Of a stretch of 18,166 nt of DNA, positions 8,781 through 17,378 are shown piece by piece. This stretch comes from Promethearchaeota archaeon (GTDB lineage Archaea > Asgardarchaeota > Hermodarchaeia > Hermodarchaeales > Hermodarchaeaceae). Below the pieces are notes generated by a model. It did no database searches. It was given only the letters and a program-made list of their open reading frames with translations, and had not been told where the DNA came from. The first letter of the stretch is position 1, and each line of letters begins with the position of its first letter. Where the stretch lies: the NCBI GenBank assembly GCA_048939245.1, contig JBHLPR010000045.1:1-18166 (forward strand). The letters are read 5' to 3'. A program made the position numbers and the translations under genes.

Positions 8781-9191
8781 ATGACCACACCCACAGACCA
8801 ACTTGAAGGATTCGTTGCTGACGTTCTCATCCCTCGTATTGATGAGGTAGTGAACGCAGCAGCCAATGGTGTGGAAAATGAACAATTACGTGATCTCTTT
8901 TCAAACAATATCTCTGATGGAATGAAATTCTTCTATGAACGATGGACGCCTGTCTATCTTTCAATTCATGGCCAAAAAAAGACAACCCATACAAGCCGAA
9001 CACTTGACAAACTTTTTCAGGATGTCATTAAAACTCCTTTGAAAAACCTCCGCGAATCAATGGTCAAAGCGATCTGGTATCTGCTATCCATCAGCCTTGA
9101 GGACATGGACAACGTTCCGGTCTTTTCAGATGAACTCACATTTACGGAGCTTCACTCTGCAATTAAGAATGCTACTCGACGAATCTCTTAA
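8781..9191 (+). CDS. Hypothetical alpha-helical protein (136 aa)
   Basis: Clean ATG ORF with SD-like GGGGA upstream; amphipathic helical pattern; no family recognised. Confidence 0.75.
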   Translation: MTTPTDQLEGFVADVLIPRIDEVVNAAANGVENEQLRDLFSNNISDGMKFFYERWTPVYLSIHGQKKTTHTSRTLDKLFQDVIKTPLKNLRESMVKAIWYLLSISLEDMDNVPVFSDELTFTELHSAIKNATRRIS

Positions 9192-9275
9192 GGATGAACT
9201 GAATTTTTACGGGCCTTTTCTATTTATAATAGCAATACACTTTTTATACTAACTCCACGTCATCAACGCGCTAAT

Positions 9276-10172
9276 ATGGAGTCGGTTCATTTGAGTTTCC
9301 TATGTACAAAAGAATGGGTAAAACCACAACTAGCTAGGATCCTTGTTCCTCTCCAAGGGTTCCCTGGTGAGGTTCATGGAATCCAATTTGCTTTTAATCT
9401 CGCTGAGCAATCAAAGGCCAACGTATCACTCTTACATTGCCATGAAAGACTTCGAAAATCAAAATTACAAATGGTTAAACGATTAACACAATATGCAAAA
9501 CGCCTATCAAAATCGTTGAAAGTACCAGTTGATAAAGAGTATGTCAAACGCGTACGGGCCTCAGATGCCATCCTCAAATCTAGTAAAGAAAACGACTGTG
9601 ATTTAGTAATAATGTGTGCGGCTAACAAACCGAAACATAAATTTCTGTTAGGTTCCACGGCTCGACGGGTTGCCCGAAAGAGCAACATTCCTGTTATCAT
9701 TGTCGCATCATGGCTTGAGGATTTTTCAAAGGATGAACAAACAACTCTCAAAAAGGTTCTCCTACCGATTCGAAGTACTAGCAAGGACCAAGTTGCCCTT
9801 CGCTTAGCTGCAGCACTGAAAGAAAGTTCTGCTGGTAAAGATGCTGAATTAATTGCGTTGAATCTAATGCCCTTCCCTTCAATTATGGAGTCTGCTCCTC
9901 TAGGTTCCCCTGAAATAAAGGTGAACCGTGAAGTATTCATGGATGACATTTCCATTTTCTCTGAGCAGACCGGGCTGCGCCTGATACCAATGCATTTAGC
10001 GAAACAAAATGTTGGGGAAGCAGCAATTGAATTTGCTGAAAAAGAAAATGTAGATCTCATTGTCCTGGGGGCTCATCACAAACCCGGACGATTTGGAGGC
10101 TTTCTCGGTTCGGTCTCTCAAGAGATTGCGTCAAACTCACCGAGTGCTGTTGTGATTACTTTCGTACCCTAA
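9276..10172 (+). CDS. Universal stress protein with tandem UspA domains
   Basis: Two repeats: RILVPL...DLVIM...LLGSTARRVARKSNIPVIIV and KVLLPI...DLIVLGAH...FLGSVSQEIASNSPSAVVI. Confidence 0.92.
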   Translation: MESVHLSFLCTKEWVKPQLARILVPLQGFPGEVHGIQFAFNLAEQSKANVSLLHCHERLRKSKLQMVKRLTQYAKRLSKSLKVPVDKEYVKRVRASDAILKSSKENDCDLVIMCAANKPKHKFLLGSTARRVARKSNIPVIIVASWLEDFSKDEQTTLKKVLLPIRSTSKDQVALRLAAALKESSAGKDAELIALNLMPFPSIMESAPLGSPEIKVNREVFMDDISIFSEQTGLRLIPMHLAKQNVGEAAIEFAEKENVDLIVLGAHHKPGRFGGFLGSVSQEIASNSPSAVVITFVP

Positions 10173-10196
10173 AAGACTTCAAAGAAGTTAACGAAG

Positions 10197-11114
10197 CTAC
10201 AGTTGGCTTTTTTGTGTTTGAAGAAAATCTTCAACCTGTGCGCTTGTAGGTAAACCTGCTCTTCCACCTGGTGCAGTGATTTGTAATGCGGCACAAGCGG
10301 CTGCTCGTCGTGCAGCTTCTTTAATCGGAAAGTGGTGGTGCATATAGTGAATGAAACCTGCTGCAAATGCATCACCTGCTCCTGTAGTGTCAACCGCTTC
10401 AACGACAAAAGCAGGAGTTTTGAACGCGGTTTCCTTCGTAGCTGTTATTGACCCCTGTTTGCCTAATGTAATGTTTAAGATTTCAAGATTTCCTCCAATT
10501 TCAGCTTGAACCTTTCGAAGGGTTGGTGGTTCGTTGAAAATTCGTTCAAAGACTACCTGATTCAAGAAGACGATGGAGAAACTGCAAATCATATCTCGTA
10601 CTTTGTCAAGTGATTGTTGGGTCAACTCTTCACCAATATCGATGGCAGATTGTGCTCCAACTTTCTTGCTGACTTTTGCCACTTGCTTAGCGATTGGGAT
10701 GGAAACACTTGCTGAATAAGTGATTCTGACATCCTTCAAAAGTTTGGTTGTGATGTCTTGAGGAGAGAGACGTGAATTTGCTCCTTGATACCGTAGCTTC
10801 ATTGTCTGTCCCTCTTCACCAACTAAGATAATGACCAGGCCTGTACGGAGCCCTGTATCAAGACGTACCCGGGAAATATCCACCTTCTCTTCCCGAAGGA
10901 TCCGTAATGCTGCTTGCCCCTCAGAATCATCACCCACATGACCAAAAAGCCCTACATTCGATCCCAATCGAGCAAGACTAGTAGCGAAGTTGGCTGCTGC
11001 TCCACCTGGGAAGATGGTGAGTGATTGGATGTTACTTTTTTCATCTGGAGTTGGTAGATGTGGGAGAGTACAAATCCAATCCATGTTAATATTTCCAATC
11101 GCGCAGATCATCAC
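10197..11114 (-). CDS. PfkB family carbohydrate/nucleoside kinase (ribokinase-like)
   Basis: GGAAANFATSLARLG, GHVGDDSEG and VDTTGAGDAFAAGF PfkB signatures. Confidence 0.95.
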   Translation of the reverse strand: MMICAIGNINMDWICTLPHLPTPDEKSNIQSLTIFPGGAAANFATSLARLGSNVGLFGHVGDDSEGQAALRILREEKVDISRVRLDTGLRTGLVIILVGEEGQTMKLRYQGANSRLSPQDITTKLLKDVRITYSASVSIPIAKQVAKVSKKVGAQSAIDIGEELTQQSLDKVRDMICSFSIVFLNQVVFERIFNEPPTLRKVQAEIGGNLEILNITLGKQGSITATKETAFKTPAFVVEAVDTTGAGDAFAAGFIHYMHHHFPIKEAARRAAACAALQITAPGGRAGLPTSAQVEDFLQTQKSQL

Positions 11115-11321
11115 TTTACCCTTGTCCGTATGCTTCTAACTGTTTACGGTAATATGTCTTTATATGCTGACTTGTTTCTCGACAGTCTTTAGTAGACTTC
11201 TGAAAATAGATGATTAGAGACAGTGGGTTATTTTGACATCAAAGATGAATGCCTTTGGTACCTTGACCAGGTACATGAATGGGAGGACAATGAAGAGGTC
11301 AATCTTGGTCAATCCCTCATA

Positions 11322-12293
11322 CTAATCGTTACGATGCGTTACCTGCAACTCTTCGATAGCTTTTCTTCGTTGACGTGGCTTCAAGGAATCAACATCACTA
11401 AAACGGCGCTCGATGACCGGGATAAGTCTCTCATCAATTTCATAGCCAATACTATTGCGGTGGGTCTTCCGTGCAGCTTTCATTGTCGTACCCGTTCCCA
11501 AAAAAGGATCGACCACCGTATCACCAATAACTGAAAACATTCGAATCAATCGATATGCGATTTCATCTGGAAACGCTGCACTTCGACGCGAGACCTGGCG
11601 GACCCTTTGCCGTGCTCCTGGCAGTTCCCATATCTGAGTAAACCAGGCATTCCGTTGGCTAATTGTATAATGACTGGCATATCGAATTAGGTCCTTAGGT
11701 GGGAACGGTCGAGGTTGCCCTTTTCGGAAGATAAGAATAAATTCGCAATCTTGAGTTACATATGCATTAGGTGGAATGAACCCAGACCCCAGAAAAGCAT
11801 TGGCTCGCTTTGTCGGTTTTTTCCACAAAATATATGGAAGCGTGGTAAATCCCACGGCTTCACATTGCTCGATCACCTTCACATGATTCGGATATAATTG
11901 AAAATTGTCATCAATTTTCCTTAGGGCATCACCGATATTGATACAGGCGATACCCCCTTCAACAAGGATACGGTAACACTCACTCCAAACCTGAGCAAGA
12001 TACACATGCATGGTATCAAAATCCGTGCATCCCATCCGTGAAAACAAGTCGTCCCATAACTCAATCATCGGGTACGGAGGAGACGTTACAATCAGATGCA
12101 CAGATTCGTTAGGTATCTCTTGCATCTGTCGACTGTCACCGATTATTAAGTGGTGATTGGTTCTCGGAATTTCCAGAGGACGCCCTTTGAGCATCTTTGC
12201 TAGTTGTCGTTCAGGATAAGATGTTGACTTTGCTTTCTTTTCCGGTTTTGTATCTTGTTTTTCTAATTCTGTACGCAAAGTCCGACCATCCAC
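11322..12293 (-). CDS. Site-specific DNA methyltransferase, beta class, N4-cytosine (M.MthZI / haloarchaeal Zim-like, probable CTAG specificity)
   Basis: Motif IV TSPPY precedes motif I DPFLGTGTT. Family-typical segments INIGDA, FQLYPNH, GSGFIPPNAYVT and AAFPDEIAYRLIRMFS. Start uncertain. Confidence 0.9.
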   Translation of the reverse strand: MDGRTLRTELEKQDTKPEKKAKSTSYPERQLAKMLKGRPLEIPRTNHHLIIGDSRQMQEIPNESVHLIVTSPPYPMIELWDDLFSRMGCTDFDTMHVYLAQVWSECYRILVEGGIACINIGDALRKIDDNFQLYPNHVKVIEQCEAVGFTTLPYILWKKPTKRANAFLGSGFIPPNAYVTQDCEFILIFRKGQPRPFPPKDLIRYASHYTISQRNAWFTQIWELPGARQRVRQVSRRSAAFPDEIAYRLIRMFSVIGDTVVDPFLGTGTTMKAARKTHRNSIGYEIDERLIPVIERRFSDVDSLKPRQRRKAIEELQVTHRND

Positions 12294-12351
12294 CTCTCAT
12301 TAACTGCTGTTCGGACTCTAAAGCCTTTGCTATAAAATTTGGTAAATACAA

Positions 12352-13086
12352 CTAGAGAGAAATGGCTATTCGTGCTGTATCTGAGCCAGTGAGCTCAACT
12401 ATTCCTTTGTTCTCCATCTCTTTGAGAACACGGGTGGTAATTGCAGGAGGCGATTTGGCCATGCGCTTTATCTCTGTTATGGGAACCTCTTTTTGATGAA
12501 TTAACAGCGCTAGAATGCCTAATTCAGGAGGCTCATGGGCTTCTGAAAGAAGGTAATCTGCGACAGGATTCTTCTTCTTTACTTCATTGACTTGTTTTTT
12601 CGCCACAGAGAGGGTCTCCTTTTGATTAGCCAGTTCCTGGTCCTTGCTAGCTTGGAGGCGACCGAGTTCTTTTTGTTTCTCCTCTAAGAGTGTGGTCTGT
12701 GACTCAAGGCGTGCTTTCCGTTGAGCTAAGTCGGCTTCAACGGTTTCCAATCTACCTGATTTTTCCATCAGGGTAGCTCTCAGAACTGCTATCTCCTTTT
12801 GAATCTCACCGAGTTCAGTATATAATCCAGCGATTTTCGCTTCCATAGCCGATCCGAATTCACGTAATTGGTTTAACTGTTCTTGGCTATGACTAATTGA
12901 CGCTTGTTGTTCATCCAATCGAGCATCAGATAATTGAAATTCACGCTCAATTCGGGATAGCGTTTGTAACGAACTCGTTACTTCCTTTACAATCATTGAC
13001 ATTTGATTTTGAAACACTTCGCCTAACTCTTTCATCCGCGCCTGATTGTGTTCAAGAACCTGTTGAAGTTGTTTAATCTCTGCCAT
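12352..13086 (-). CDS. Long coiled-coil protein with C-terminal winged helix-turn-helix (paralog B)
   Basis: ~175 aa heptad-rich, E/Q/K/L-rich region, then ILALLIHQKEVPITEIKRMAKSPPAITTRVLKEMENKGIVEL with a wHTH pattern. Strong SD GAGGTGA upstream. Confidence 0.85.
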   Translation of the reverse strand: MAEIKQLQQVLEHNQARMKELGEVFQNQMSMIVKEVTSSLQTLSRIEREFQLSDARLDEQQASISHSQEQLNQLREFGSAMEAKIAGLYTELGEIQKEIAVLRATLMEKSGRLETVEADLAQRKARLESQTTLLEEKQKELGRLQASKDQELANQKETLSVAKKQVNEVKKKNPVADYLLSEAHEPPELGILALLIHQKEVPITEIKRMAKSPPAITTRVLKEMENKGIVELTGSDTARIAISL

Positions 13087-13102
13087 CTCTTTTCACCTCT
13101 TA

Positions 13103-13858
13103 TCACAAATCAATTGGTTTGAGTACTTTCACTTGCCCCGTTCCTTTGTCCAAATTCACGATTTTGCGTTCTACCATCTGCTGAATAATCTCTCGCACTT
13201 TAAATCGCCCAATGAAGGTAGTCTTTTGTAAATGATCTAATGTTGTGGTTTCTTTGCCTTTGAGTTCTATAGCGACTTTAGCTTCAGGCATTGTGATAAC
13301 GCCCTGTTCTAACAGATATCGTAATGCTTTGTATTGAGCATCTTGAAGTTCTGCTTCATTACGAACTTCAGTAATTTGTTTATTTAGGGATTGTATCTTC
13401 TCGGCGATTCTTTCGTCAGAAGAACTGAGTTGCTCATCAGCCTTCTCCATATTCTTTGTCATCTCTCGAAGAGTCCGGTCAATATTGCGTATTTCATCTT
13501 CCATTGCCTCTAGCTTAGTTTCAGTAGCAGCCAACTCCTTCTGAAGTTTCTCCCGTTCCACTTTCGCTTCCCCTAAAACCTTCTGTTGTGCAACACTTGT
13601 TGATTCTAACTTACCTCGCTCCCGACTTTCAGCTGAAAGCTCACCTTCAAGGGCTGAGGATTCCCGAGTCATTTCTTCTTCTGTCACTTGTCGTTCTTCC
13701 CAGGTGTCTTGGAGATGCACCACCGTCTCTTGGAGTTGGGTAATTTGTGTAAGTATGGCGGATAATTCGCGTTGAGTGGAAACCGCTAATTCTTCTATGA
13801 CTGCACGATTTTTTTGTAATGATCCAATTAATGAAGAAATACCTGTCATCAGTTCCAT
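13103..13858 (-). CDS. Long coiled-coil protein with C-terminal winged helix-turn-helix (paralog A)
   Basis: ~185 aa proline-free heptad region, then TTLDHLQKTTFIGRFKVREIIQQMVERKIVNLDKGTGQVKV with a wHTH pattern. The start may be ATG at 13849. Confidence 0.85.
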   Translation of the reverse strand: MELMTGISSLIGSLQKNRAVIEELAVSTQRELSAILTQITQLQETVVHLQDTWEERQVTEEEMTRESSALEGELSAESRERGKLESTSVAQQKVLGEAKVEREKLQKELAATETKLEAMEDEIRNIDRTLREMTKNMEKADEQLSSSDERIAEKIQSLNKQITEVRNEAELQDAQYKALRYLLEQGVITMPEAKVAIELKGKETTTLDHLQKTTFIGRFKVREIIQQMVERKIVNLDKGTGQVKVLKPIDL

Positions 13859-13880
13859 CCATCCAGCATCGCGTATTGAC

Positions 13881-13887
13881 TATTTAA
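13881..13887 (-). promoter_or_regulatory. Putative TATA box (TTAAATA) of the coiled-coil operon
   Basis: Minus-strand TTAAATA about 23 nt upstream of ATG 13858, consistent with a leaderless or short-leader archaeal transcript. Confidence 0.5.
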
Positions 13888-14166
13888 GATATATCTGCAG
13901 CTAGTTCTAAAACCTTCATTTGTAGTGAATTCCCAAAAGGGTTTTGCCTATTGGTCTCAGTCCCAAGAGTCTACCTACTTTTCGCAATTCGTGATATCGA
14001 CAACCTGCCAGACCTAATGAATGGTTGCTTTCCAGTTCCATCGCCACGGTTATGACCAATGTTTCACTTTTTATTCGAGTTGACAACGTAGAGAATGAAA
14101 TCGATGCCTATCTTTCGAAGTCATCACCTTAAGCCTGCTCGCACACGACCTACTCTACATAATGCC

Positions 14167-14631
14167 CTAGTTTATGGGAACTGATTGTAAATATTCTAAA
14201 CGTCGTGAAAAGCTCCGTAACTCTTGTGTTAAATCTCTATGTAGTAACCGTGAGAGTGCATCAGAATCTCGTTGACGGGGAGGCTTCTGTTGTGAAAGTT
14301 TCTTGGCATCTAAAATCCGTTCTAAATATTTACACACAGCTAGTAGATGTCCCAGAATTTCTTTTGCAGCTAAGCACTCTTGAATCATCTCTGTGTTCTC
14401 AAAATTCGCCTTTCTGAGTTTTTTATTAAATTCTGATATGTGATCGTCAAAAATCTGATCAAATTGACCCTTTAATCGCAAGATTCCTTCTTCATTCATC
14501 GAATAGGACGTGGCTAGCACTTTTCGAAGCCAGGTGATCGCTTCTGGTAACTCCTCCGGCGTTTCTCTCTTGGCACTTCGCCGGATTGGTAATTTCTCCT
14601 TTTGTCGATTCTTTCGACTGGATTTACTCAT
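14167..14631 (-). CDS. Hypothetical basic, alpha-helical protein (~154 aa)
   Basis: ATG at 14631 preceded by GGGTG; K/R-rich N-terminal tail followed by amphipathic helices; no family recognised. Confidence 0.7.
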   Translation of the reverse strand: MSKSSRKNRQKEKLPIRRSAKRETPEELPEAITWLRKVLATSYSMNEEGILRLKGQFDQIFDDHISEFNKKLRKANFENTEMIQECLAAKEILGHLLAVCKYLERILDAKKLSQQKPPRQRDSDALSRLLHRDLTQELRSFSRRLEYLQSVPIN

Positions 14632-14751
14632 CGTGACACCCGCAATCTGAAGCCTAGTTCCTCTTCCACTATCGTGGAATAGTGCCTTCAAATAGTAGGC
14701 TTCGGTGGGCTATAATTATTCCGAAATTCATCAAAAATTAAATATCTCGAT

Positions 14752-16161
14752 TCAATGGCGTTCTTGGCCTAGGTGAATGATATTCGCTAGAGCTTTTGCT
14801 CCTCTGGCTGGTGAGGCAAATACTGGGATACCTCCTGCTTCAAGTAGAGATTTTTCAGGTGGAGGATGACTGATTGGGGAATTTAGAATTGCGATAATGG
14901 GTTTTTTGGACATTCTTGTCACCTCGAGTAATCCCTCGGTGGGGGTTCCTCCTCCAATATCTTCTTGGAAGTTTGGAGCAAATACAGTAAGGAATGCATC
15001 ATACTGGTCACTAAGCGCCGCGAGTTTCAAGGCTTCAGCAAAAATATCAGGGCGCGCCCAGCCTAGTGCTAATAGATCAATTGGATTATCAATTGGAATA
15101 TCCACGGGTAACCCCATAGCCTTCTGAATTTCTTGAATCGTTGTTGGGTTAGGTGGTGGCAGTTGGATCTTTTGTTCTTCTAAAATTTCTGCAGCAATTA
15201 TCGTTGGACCTAATGTGTGCGTTACTAGTGCAACTCGGTTCCCCTTTGGTAAATCGTTGAGAATCGCAAGGGCTTTGGCTGTGTCGATTAGTTCAGAAAT
15301 GCCTGCAACTTCTTTAATGCCAGCTTGTCGGAAGGCGGAACTATAGAGTTGACCTCGACCCGCAAGGCTTCCGGTATGGCTTTTTGTAGCACGCTGAGCT
15401 GCAGGTGTTTTTCCGACTTTGTATGCAAGTATTGGTTTCTTGAGTGAAACCTCTTTGGCTACTTCGATGAGCCTCCGTGCATCTTCAGTTCCCTCAACGA
15501 AGAGGCAAATTATTTCAGTGGCATCATCATCTTTGAAGTATTCAAGAAAATCTGCGAAGTCTAAATTGACTCGGTTGCCAATGCTAGCAAATTTCGCTAC
15601 TCCGAGTTGAGTATCGACGGCAGCATAATGCATTAATCCAGCTACTCCACCGCTCTGGCTTATCATTGACACTTTTCCTTCTGGGATTGGTGCGGGGTAG
15701 GGGAAGAAGGTGGCATTCAATTTCAAAGGAATATTACCTATACCTAGGCAGTTGGGACCGATTACACCAATTTCCGCCTTATTGGCGATTTGGGCAATCT
15801 GTGTTTCAAGGATTCGTCCCTGTTCACCTAACTCCTTGAATCCTGCTGAATACACAACTGCTCCATGAATATCCTTCTCACTGCAATCTTTTAACACTCC
15901 AAGAACCTTTGTGCTTTGAACTGCAATAAGTGCTAAATCAATTGGTTCGGAAATCTCTTGGACAGATGAATAGACTTTTTTGTCTCCAATCGTTGTGTGG
16001 GTGGGATGAACCAGAAAAATCTTACCGCCAAAACCTGAAGCCTTCAATGCTCGCAGTGTGAGGCTACCAAGTTTTCGAGGTTTATCAGATGCACCAACGA
16101 TTACTATGCTGGTTGGATTAAAGATAGCATTCAGTGCGTCCATCTTCCAAGAACTTGCCAT
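14752..16161 (-). CDS. acdA: Acetate/acyl-CoA ligase (ADP-forming), alpha subunit
   Basis: N-terminal CoA-binding domain (FNPTSIVIVGAS), SAGFKELG, IGPNCLG, SQSGG, SIGNRVNLD, the phospho-His motif SHTGSLAG, and NPIDL. Confidence 0.92.
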   Translation of the reverse strand: MASSWKMDALNAIFNPTSIVIVGASDKPRKLGSLTLRALKASGFGGKIFLVHPTHTTIGDKKVYSSVQEISEPIDLALIAVQSTKVLGVLKDCSEKDIHGAVVYSAGFKELGEQGRILETQIAQIANKAEIGVIGPNCLGIGNIPLKLNATFFPYPAPIPEGKVSMISQSGGVAGLMHYAAVDTQLGVAKFASIGNRVNLDFADFLEYFKDDDATEIICLFVEGTEDARRLIEVAKEVSLKKPILAYKVGKTPAAQRATKSHTGSLAGRGQLYSSAFRQAGIKEVAGISELIDTAKALAILNDLPKGNRVALVTHTLGPTIIAAEILEEQKIQLPPPNPTTIQEIQKAMGLPVDIPIDNPIDLLALGWARPDIFAEALKLAALSDQYDAFLTVFAPNFQEDIGGGTPTEGLLEVTRMSKKPIIAILNSPISHPPPEKSLLEAGGIPVFASPARGAKALANIIHLGQERH

Positions 16162-16237
16162 ATAAGATTCGCCTTACTGGCAAAAGGGGGCGGATTCCCA
16201 AAAAGTTGCTGGTAGCGAAAGAAATGGCATTAACTAG

Positions 16238-17230
16238 CTATTCAGATAAAACCTGGCTGACACCTTTCTTGGCAATAAAAATCTCAAATTCACCTTCCCG
16301 AACATTTGATTCTGGGCTTCGACCGATAATAAGTTGGCCATTGAAAAGTGCAACATTCCGTATCGGTGGACCACCTTGTTCTAAATACAAGTCGAAAAAG
16401 AAGGGTAGAAACGCAAGTTCACTGTATTCATCTAGCAAGTGAGCTACAGTTTGGTGTTCAAGTTGGAGGAAACTGGTGATGATACGTCGGGATGTGACTG
16501 GCCCCTCAATATTCTCAAATTGGTACGGCACTTTTCCAAGTTCGACGAATTCCTGTGCCTGGATTGCTCCTTCTGACGGTAGTATTATGCGTCCATCTTC
16601 GAGAGTGAAAAAGGATGCACGCACTTCTTTTGCATCTTTCTTTTTACGATCCTTAGTTGGCTGGCCTGGTGCTGGTTTGGTTCGAAATAGCACTTCCTTA
16701 ATGGCTGGTCGAAGTTCCATCGGTATCTTGATCTGGGCAAGCAGTTCAGTAGCCGTGAGGGTTTGTTTTCCTTTCACAGTCTGACGTTGTAATATTAGTG
16801 GCTTATCACGAGTTGAAATACGGATCACGATGGTTCCAAATCGTCGCCGGATGATATCATCGACCGCTGAAATGTAGGGTTGAATCGCCTTCATGAATAG
16901 AGTAAGATTATCCTTGGGGTCATCCTTTGGGGGAAGGTTAAGTTGGTCATGGGTAATTACCAGGTAGCTATCGAGGATTCTCAATTCTTTGACATAGTAT
17001 AGATGATTTCCATAGGAAAAAGGGCCTTCCCGCTGCAAGAGCTTTGGATGGACTTTCACAGGTTCTGTAAAATTCACCTGGGTACCTGATGTTGTTGCAA
17101 TCGTCATTGCACAGTCGCGGTGCTTTGCAGCAAACTCATAACTTTTTGAAAAGACGTAATTGATAGGGAAAATTGATCTTGAAAGGACTTCAAGACGGTC
17201 GGAAATCACTCGGTCAATCGTTTCAGCCAT
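16238..17230 (-). CDS. Hypothetical protein (330 aa, alpha/beta)
   Basis: Long ATG ORF with SD-like GGGGA upstream; no family recognised. Confidence 0.8.
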   Translation of the reverse strand: MAETIDRVISDRLEVLSRSIFPINYVFSKSYEFAAKHRDCAMTIATTSGTQVNFTEPVKVHPKLLQREGPFSYGNHLYYVKELRILDSYLVITHDQLNLPPKDDPKDNLTLFMKAIQPYISAVDDIIRRRFGTIVIRISTRDKPLILQRQTVKGKQTLTATELLAQIKIPMELRPAIKEVLFRTKPAPGQPTKDRKKKDAKEVRASFFTLEDGRIILPSEGAIQAQEFVELGKVPYQFENIEGPVTSRRIITSFLQLEHQTVAHLLDEYSELAFLPFFFDLYLEQGGPPIRNVALFNGQLIIGRSPESNVREGEFEIFIAKKGVSQVLSE

Positions 17231-17378
17231 GGCTATTCCCCTACTGGATGGTTACAAAAATCATTGGATTGCAGGATTATAAGTTTCGTGTCCCTAGTCT
17301 GGCATTCCTTTCAATGATGCGTCACTTAAAAAAGCGGTTCATCCGTAAGATGTGATATAGATAAGGAGTGTTTCTGTC

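Noticed and set aside
9374-10060. 228-aa minus-strand ORF
   Set aside because: It lies entirely antisense to the USP gene, has Ser/Arg-rich shadow composition and shows no motifs.
11223-11534. 103-aa plus-strand ORF as a possible restriction or control protein
   Set aside because: It mostly overlaps the methyltransferase in antisense and has no PD-(D/E)xK, HNH or HTH motif.
12352-13858. Calling the coiled-coil pair SMC/Rad50 or ESCRT-III/CdvB
   Set aside because: There are no Walker motifs, hinge or zinc hook. The uninterrupted ~175-aa rod does not show the Snf7 hairpin pattern, and no Vps4/CdvA gene is adjacent.
13955-14127. Possible C/D box sRNA (minus-strand GTGATGA) or 41-aa ORF in the intergenic gap
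   Set aside because: The nearest CTGA D box is ~160 nt away, too far for an archaeal C/D guide; the short ORF has no recognisable features.
16165-16197. Imperfect hairpin upstream of acdA
   Set aside because: It pairs well only on the non-transcribed strand through G-U pairs; support is too weak.
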